Source: Phoronis australis (taxonomy: Eukaryota > Animalia > Phoronida). From it: a stretch of 64,000 nucleotides of DNA. Below the pieces are notes generated by a model that did no database searches, was not told the DNA's origin, and was given only the letters and a program-made list of their open reading frames with translations. Of the stretch, positions 23,724 to 64,000 are shown in pieces (position 1 is the stretch's first letter; the number at the start of each line of letters is the position of its first letter). The stretch spans positions 4,862 to 68,861 of the forward strand of contig NMRA01000406.1 of NCBI GenBank assembly GCA_002633005.1, written 5' to 3'. The position numbers and the translations under genes are program-made.

Positions 23724-24521
23724 CCAAGGGCATGTTCATTGCATGACCTGCTTTGACAAACCAACAGGTAGCGCCTCTAGGTAACTCAACCCTAGTCTCC
23801 AGCCATAACAAAATGTCAGTACTCACCAAGCCCAGGACAAACAGTTGCAGCATGATCAAGCTGTGATCAGTTTTATAACAGTTAGTGGTGTAACTCAAAA
23901 TTTAGCTTTTGAAACCAGGTGAATTTATAACATTCTTAACAACAAATTAAAGTGCATGCAGATGTACCACAAGATTAAACACGTTTACATTCTATGACCA
24001 CTTATTCAATAAAATTGCATAACCATTGCAAAGTGAGAATATTGAAAAATGATCTAAGCTTGGTTTGAAGATAACTGAGGCCAAAATCTCCTCCAATTCA
24101 ACAGAGAAGTCATTAAACAAAATTTTGCACCATAGTTTAGGAACTGATTTGTCAAACTCACACACTTTTGTATCAGCGACATTGTCACCTCCACAAAAAC
24201 ACAGAGTAAGTAAAAGAAGAATTAACTAAGATATTTACAAACACAGCATGCTGCTATTTACATAATGACTGTCTCAAAGGTCCTTCAATAAAATTCCAGT
24301 TTCCGAATTACAAGCAATGGGAAACATTTGGTCTCATATTAACTTTTGTACTGGTGAAATACTGAAGGTGCAGTCTCTTCTGAAATGTTATGTATGACAG
24401 CCATGGTAACATTAACAAGCCTTCACAGTATCTGCATTTAAGAACGATCCGGTGTTGAGGTACGCTTCTCTTCAATGTGAATTCTTGCATGTGAATAAAT
24501 GAATGTATATGCACAAGAGTC

Positions 24522-57298
<32,777 letters not shown>

Positions 57299-59654
57299 CT
57301 AGTGAACAAACATAGCATGATTTTTGGAAAAAGCATTATAAAGAGTTGGTTTTGTATACTGAAAGTTACAACTGCTATGAATCTGCCTTATGTCAACAAG
57401 TGCAAAGCACTGAAATGTGCCCACAGGTTATTAGCATCATGCAGTAACAAAATAAAAAATATGTCAAACCATTTTGGCAATAATATACTGTCTGGCAATA
57501 CTAAAGGATAGCCAATGTCTTGTCAACAACTGATAATGACCAATAGGAAGTGCTACCGCAGTACTCCAGTCTGTCTAACACTGGTATCGGCACATTCCAG
57601 CCATAAACCCTTGCATTAACTTTCATCAAAATTTGTCCAGCATTTTTGAAAAAAATCAACAGACAAGACAGAGTACAAAATTAATAAATAACTTGTTGAA
57701 AGCTAAAATGGCTAACAAGAGGTGTGGCACTGAGTAGTCAAATCTTCCCAAAGATCAACTCAGGCCTGCCCACATAACGTGTCAAGTTCTGTCAAAATCT
57801 GGCAATAGGTAATCAAATTCGAGTGAAAACTGGCTGGTGCTCATAGACATAAACCTTTTGTATTTCAAGTTTCATTAAAAATCTGTAGGGACAAGGAAAA
57901 CCTAGTCAAAAACTAAAATTGCCAACACAATACATTTCTCTGCACTAAGTTATGGTAAATGTCGTCAAGTCATTTTGCCATAACTTGACACAAGAAATTT
58001 CTTGTAAAAAACATAAAACAACGAAGAAGAGGTGCCATGTACACATTAATCAAATCCATTTGAAAATCCATTGGTACTAGCGCATTCCCACCACCTTTCT
58101 CTGCGTCTAAGACATTCTAAGTTAACAGGTACAATACCTAAGCAAGCATTGAAAGTGCTACTACCAATATTCAAACATCTGAGAGGCGCAAGGCATTTCA
58201 AAGACTTATCAGAAGACTGAGCTGCAATAAAATGTCCTTCAGTAAACAAAACCAACCTTAATTATGTTTTAACAAATTGAACCAAGTGTGAGAGAAACAC
58301 AGAATAACAGAATGGGGGACTTGCACACTATTTTTTGCCGTTTCAGGGTCGCTAGAACTGTAGGTCATTCCGCTACACCCACATAGTGTGCTCTTCCTAT
58401 GGAAACAGGCTGTGAAAACCAACACATCTGAGAAGCATGTCTGGTATAAACTTAGGAATAGACCTACTCCATCTTTGAAGTATCCATTGAGATGTTATTA
58501 TTGCTATTGTTTACAAACAGCAAAAAGCTTAACCCATTTCATTCCTCGATAGTCTACTGAATCAGAGATTCCACAGACTTCTGTTTCCATATTCACCTCT
58601 TCATACTGTTCTGTGGTGTCAAGATCATCCTGCCACCAATGTTGGGGACAGGAACAAATTGCAATAATTTTTTATCATAAATGACATTGTGTTTACTTGT
58701 GGTTTTTATACCTTACAAAACCTAGGTAAGAACAATGAAGATCTGAATTACAGTAATTCTTAACTTATTCCACACAAAAATAATTGCCAAAATTTTTCCA
58801 TATTTTAAGGCTGATTACCTCCAAAGAGTGGAAACCTCATCAAACGTTTTATTACATCCACACAGTGCAAACTGATTTTATTAACTGTAACGATGACTGC
58901 GCCGTCTATTGTCTAAGTTAGTACATATAATAATGCTTGGCTATGGAATGCGCTGTATCTATTGAGTTCAATCTCTTTCGCATATAGACTAGGCGTTCCC
59001 GTGTACCTGAGTGATCTCGTGCTCTTTTCCTCACTTGAGCTTTCGACACGAGTGTAGAAAGATGTTTTGTACAAGTTGACACCTATGAAGTTTCACGAAC
59101 TGGCGTGAGCGTCAGGAACAATAACTATGTATAAATGTTTATATCCAGCACAACTTGTCGTTATGAAATATTCACAACTACAGAATGTAATCTTCATTTT
59201 TGTGAAAATTTTTTGACATATTGTGTGTTAAATAGGCAAAGAATTACCCTATGAATGTGTTAGCACCAGACTCTAAGCACATTCCTTATTAAATAAACAA
59301 ACACCGTTCACATTCCACTTGGAAAGAGGAACTAGCAACAAACAAACCCAGCCAACAGTAAATACAGGGAAAATGACTACACTACTAGCAATTCAAGTGG
59401 CAAAATAAATAATGTACAAGTCCCCCATTGAACATGTAAACCGTTACAAACAAAAATCTTCGTAATGTCAGTCAGATTCAAACATCATAATAAATCTGAA
59501 AACATCATAAAATTGCATCAAATGTTTCTTTAAATCAAAACTTTCCATGTGCACATATACAAAAGACAGGACAGATTCAAGAGGTCAAAAGTCAACCATT
59601 GTCACAGAAGCCATCAGGAGAATATTACTGAAAAATGAAAAAGAAGGCACAACA

Positions 59655-59960
59655 AGGGATGTAGGAGAGCATGACTGAAGAATAAAAACTTAAGGGAACA
59701 GATCACAATCATTGTACAAGTTAGTGAATGTAAGCTTAATAGCAATAGGATGTAGGAGAGTATGACTGAAGAATGAAGAAGTAGGAACAGATCACATCGT
59801 ACAAGTTAGTGTAAGCTAGAGTATAATTAACTGCAATAGGATGAAGGAGAATATGATCATTGAAGAATGAAGAGGGAACAGATCACATGTCAAGTTAGTG
59901 CAAGCTAGTGCACTATTAATTGCAATAGGGTGTAAGAGAGTACGATTGAAAAATGAAGAA
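59655..59960. repeat. Degenerate tandem repeat, ~90-bp unit x3.5
   Basis: ggatgtaggagag..tgactgaagaat...gaacagatcaca...caagttagtg recurs. Confidence 0.82.
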
Positions 59961-60069
59961 GAGGAAGAAACATAATATTTTAAGTCATCATGAAATTATG
60001 TGACTATCAGTTGACTGCAAGTTCTCTTTCATTCATTTGATGTGTGTTGTATATAAGAAACATCTGATT

Positions 60070-60827
60070 CAGTGCTTGAAAAGTCCACGTCCCTTGGTTT
60101 AGCCAAATGGCGATAGACCATAAAACAGTGATCGCCAAATGGCATCGCAAAAATGACGCACTTCTCAGTGTGGACCTGTCGCGATTTTTGGCTCTGTATA
60201 TTGTTTATTGATAATTATTTTGTCCACTTAATTCCGATTCTGGTCTTTCATTATGTGCCATGTCTGACGCAACAGCAACAGTGAGCTGAGTTAAGACAGC
60301 AGCACTTAAACTTTAATTTGACAATTCACTGAGTTGCAGAGAATCAACCATAAACATAAAAACGTCTGAATTTAGTTTTTCAAACATTCATTTTGTCAAA
60401 CAGCCATTTAACTGCTCTCTGATTCAGAACTTGAATGCATACAATATGCACAAAGTTCTACTCATGACACGGGACTGTAACCTCTGCAATACGTGACAGC
60501 GTGCACAGGCGCGGCTCAACAGAGTTGCCACCTGACAATTAAATACTTGAGTTGCAATCCAAACGGAGCACTGCATGCACGGTCATTGATCGTCTGCGCC
60601 CCTGCTGTTAAATCAAGGGCGACTCATCGCAGGATGCCATGGTACTCCACAATTTTGAAACTTTATTCATCAAAAGACTAATATGAGGGCAACAAAACCA
60701 TTGTTGGAGAAAATCTGATGTTAATGGAAATTTTTATTGTCATTTGGCGACATACTGAAATATCTTATCGGCATTTTCACATTTGCTGTCGCAAACGGTG
60801 ATGAAAAACGTGACTTTCCAAGCACTG
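60070..60827. mobile_element. CAG-ended TIR element (hAT-like), no clear TSD
   Basis: cagtgcttgaaaagtc / gactttccaagcactg. Confidence 0.68.
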
Positions 60828-61675
60828 ACGATGGATGCTCACTGTCTGGAAGATCTAACTGCAAACTGATTTTTTTTCATGAAATACAAACTATAAAGTA
60901 CTAACAGTTCTTCTGGAATCATTCATACCTTTGAAAAAGGGCCACATATTCGATTCACACAGCACTGGCTGTTTGCAGTCAATATATTCACATGATCATG
61001 TGTTATGGTAATTTGGAAATCCGAAACTTTTTTAATAAGAAATTTAGCCAATATCACAGCATTTGCTTTTCCACCTAGTTTAATTAAACAAAGTTAATTA
61101 TCTACCTGCATCCAATGGAAAGCCTGAACATCCAGTCAAGCCATGTTCCAACTACCACAAAATTATTTAAAAACATTAGACAAGAATGAAATCATCTCAC
61201 CATGGAATGCAGGCCAGGCCAGGAAAGCTGCTCCCATTCAATGGACCACTCAATATTCACTAGGCACTGCTCAGTAATAAAGATCCCTCTTTTGGCATTT
61301 GAATTGATTGAGAACAGAAAGCAATTCATCAGCATGGGGATGTTACTGTGATAAGGGGCCCATGTGATTACCTGAGTTATGTCATTTCTATGGGAAGGTC
61401 TCTTGCTTCACTTGCGACACCTAGTGAACTTCAAGTTTCCAATTGATGTAGGGGGATGTACCATTGTGTGGGGTCACTTGGTCAGTGAAAAGACAATACC
61501 ATTCCTGAGTGAAAGTAAGCTAGAAACTCGTTGTTAGGGGATAATCTGTATGGTCAATGCTTCATCAGCACATTATAAAAGCGTAAGGGTTACAACAGGC
61601 AGCCTACCATGTAAAGTGGGGTTCTGGGAGATAGCACCTCATAGTTGATAGATGATATATAGTAACCATGGTACA

Positions 61676-64000
61676 CCCCCGTCTACAGGGGAGCAATCCC
61701 CTATGGGCAGACCAGCTTAAGGCATGCAAGGTGTACAGCACAATAATACTTACAAAAACGGGAAGATGCTAAAGGGGTATTAAGTAATAGGCACTTGAAG
61801 CATTCTACGACAGACATTAATTACATAGGTTATGGCAAACTACAAAGCACAGATAGGATAAGTTAAAGCTAGTTTCCTGAGCTCATTTCAGTCACTGTGT
61901 CTTCTGAATTTTACTTCAAATTTCCCATGCAACTGACCACTCATGTCACTTGCATTGTCAGTGACCACGGTGACCAGTTGGTTGTTAGAGTGCACATGAA
62001 TGGTTATATCTAGGGTAAATCACCAGTTGGGTTGCTTAGAGTGCACATGACTGGTTATATCCAAGGTTATGGTAAAAATTCTTTAATTTGAGACAGTCAT
62101 TAGAATTTGGGATGCGGAAACTCTTGCAAAAATTGAAAAGTGGGTAATTTTGCCATCTTTATGGTGATTTTTGAAATTGGTACAACGAATGTTGCCTGTT
62201 TCTAGAATTTGGGACAAGCTCTGACCATGAGCAAAATAATTAATTCTTCACAAGTCTCACATTGAAGAATTTTTACCATAGTTACATGACAACAGTTCTA
62301 TTGTTAGTTGTTGAGAATCAGTTGCTTGCTTACATAAAACTGTTTTTCATCAAAAGCAAAGGCCTGGAATAAACAGGAAGATTGAGGATACACAGTCAAT
62401 ACATTGCACTAGGCTTTCAAAGAATTTTCAGTACTGACCAATAAATTATTAAGAATAGCTCATAACAGTTATAGTCAAAAATTTCTGTGAGAGATGAGTC
62501 AACTCAGTATCTCTTTTACTCTCCTTCCAACTTTCTTCTGGAGTCAACAGAAAACATTAACAAGAGCAACGCAGAGCGTTGAAATGCGCCCACAATTGCA
62601 CCGCATACGGTATCCTTCTAGGGTTGTTACCATAAAGTGGCCAGTAGAGGGCATACAGTGTTGTATATGTAGTATGTTGTACTTTGCAAAATGGAAAGGC
62701 ATGGTCATTGTCTCCTCAATAGGCTAGGGGCAAAATGTGAGTAATCTTCATAATACAAGCACATCCTATACACCAGTTGCTTAAAGCACCACAGAAACAT
62801 AGAATTAAAAACAAATTTACCAACATACGAGATTAGCACAGCATTAGAATGCCAGAAACAAATTTCTACTTGGAACTTTTCCTTCACAGTCACGAAGTAA
62901 CACAAAGTATACACCTGAAGACCTATGAAAATACAGAGGTCAATGTAAAATACTAAAATTGCCACTAGAGGCAAATACTAAAATTGCCACTAGAGGCANN
63001 NNNNNNNNNNNNNNNNNNNNNNNNNNNNNNNNNNNNNNNNNNNNNNNNNNNNNNNNNNNNNNNNNNNNNNNNNNNNNNNNNNNNNNNNNNNNNNNNNNNN
63101 NNNNNNNNNNNNNNNNNNNNNNNNNNNNNNNNNNNNNNNCCCCCCCCCCCCCGTCTACAGGGGAACAATCCCCTATGGGCAGACCAGCTTAAGGCATGCA
63201 AGGTGTACAGCACAATAATACTTACAAAAATGGGAAGATGCTAAAGGGGTATTAAATAATAGGCACTTGAAGCATTCTACGACAGACATTAATTACATAG
63301 GTTATGGCAAACTACAAAGCACAGATAGGATAAGTTAAAGCTAGTTTCCTGAGCTCATTTACACAATTTCAGTGTTTTCTGAATTTTACTTCAAATTTCC
63401 CATGCAACTGACCACTCATGTCACTTGCATTGTCAGTGACCACGGTGACCAGTTGGTTGTTAGAGTGCACATAAATGGTTATATCTAGGGTAAATGACCA
63501 GTTGGGTTGCTTAGAGTGCACATGACTGGTTATATCCAAGGTTATGGTGAAAATTCTTTAATTTGAGACAGTCATTAGAATTTGGGATGCGGAAACTCTT
63601 GCAAAAATTGAAAAGTGGGTAATTTTGCCATCTTTATGGTGATTTTTGAAATTGGTACAACGAATGTTGCCTGTTTCTAGAATTTGGGACAAGCTCTGAC
63701 CTTGAGCAAAATAATTAATTCTTCACAGGTCCCCCATTGAAGAATTTTTACCATAGTTACATGACAACAGTTCTATTGTTAGTTGTTAAGAATCAGTTGC
63801 TTGCTTACATAAAACTGTTTTTCATCAAAAGCAAAGGCCTGGAATAAACAGGAAGATTGAGGATACACAGTCAATACATTGCACTAGGCTTTCAAAGAAT
63901 TTTCAGTACTGACCAATAAATTATTAACAATAGCTCATAACAGTAACAGTCAAAAATTTCTGTGAGAGATGAGTCACTCAGTATCTCTTTTACTCTCCTT
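61676..64000. repeat. ~850-bp near-identical duplication across a gap (61676-62526 and ~63147-64000)
   Basis: Direct comparison. Confidence 0.9.
62560..62998 (-). mobile_element. Helentron/HINE-like element, truncated by a gap
   Basis: First ~70 bp (acaagagcaacgc...ctagggttgtt) are nearly identical to 49196-49264. Confidence 0.55.

Overview
AT-rich eukaryotic draft-assembly DNA with N gaps, probably from a marine invertebrate (inference). Most short ORFs in the supplied track are noise. I reconstructed two spliced minus-strand genes by hand from GT-AG boundaries and codon phase. (1) The 3' part of a type-2, otoferlin-like ferlin: 20 phase-consistent exons from 57298 down to 24522, about 1090 aa. 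It covers the end of C2D, C2DE, a long linker, C2E, C2F and the C-terminal TM anchor, and carries an unusual poly-lysine insertion. The 5' part is not in the window. (2) A small secreted C-type lectin with WIG, EPN and WND motifs (17773 to 10281, possibly ending at 7731). The rest is transposon debris: three decayed Kolobok-like relics (THAP gene and/or a 'PYELDP' KolX-like gene; the best copy has both, plus TIRs and TTAA flanks), a BEL/Pao 3' end with its LTR, DIRS/Ngaro, CR1/L2-type LINE and inverted Penelope fragments, CAG-ended MITEs with 5-, 6- and 8-bp TSDs, a 2-bp-TSD element present as an inverted pair, Helentron/HINE-like elements carrying CTCF-like motifs, and minisatellites. Four near-identical duplications straddle gaps and are probably uncollapsed haplotypes. 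No database searches were run, so family assignments rest on remembered motifs.
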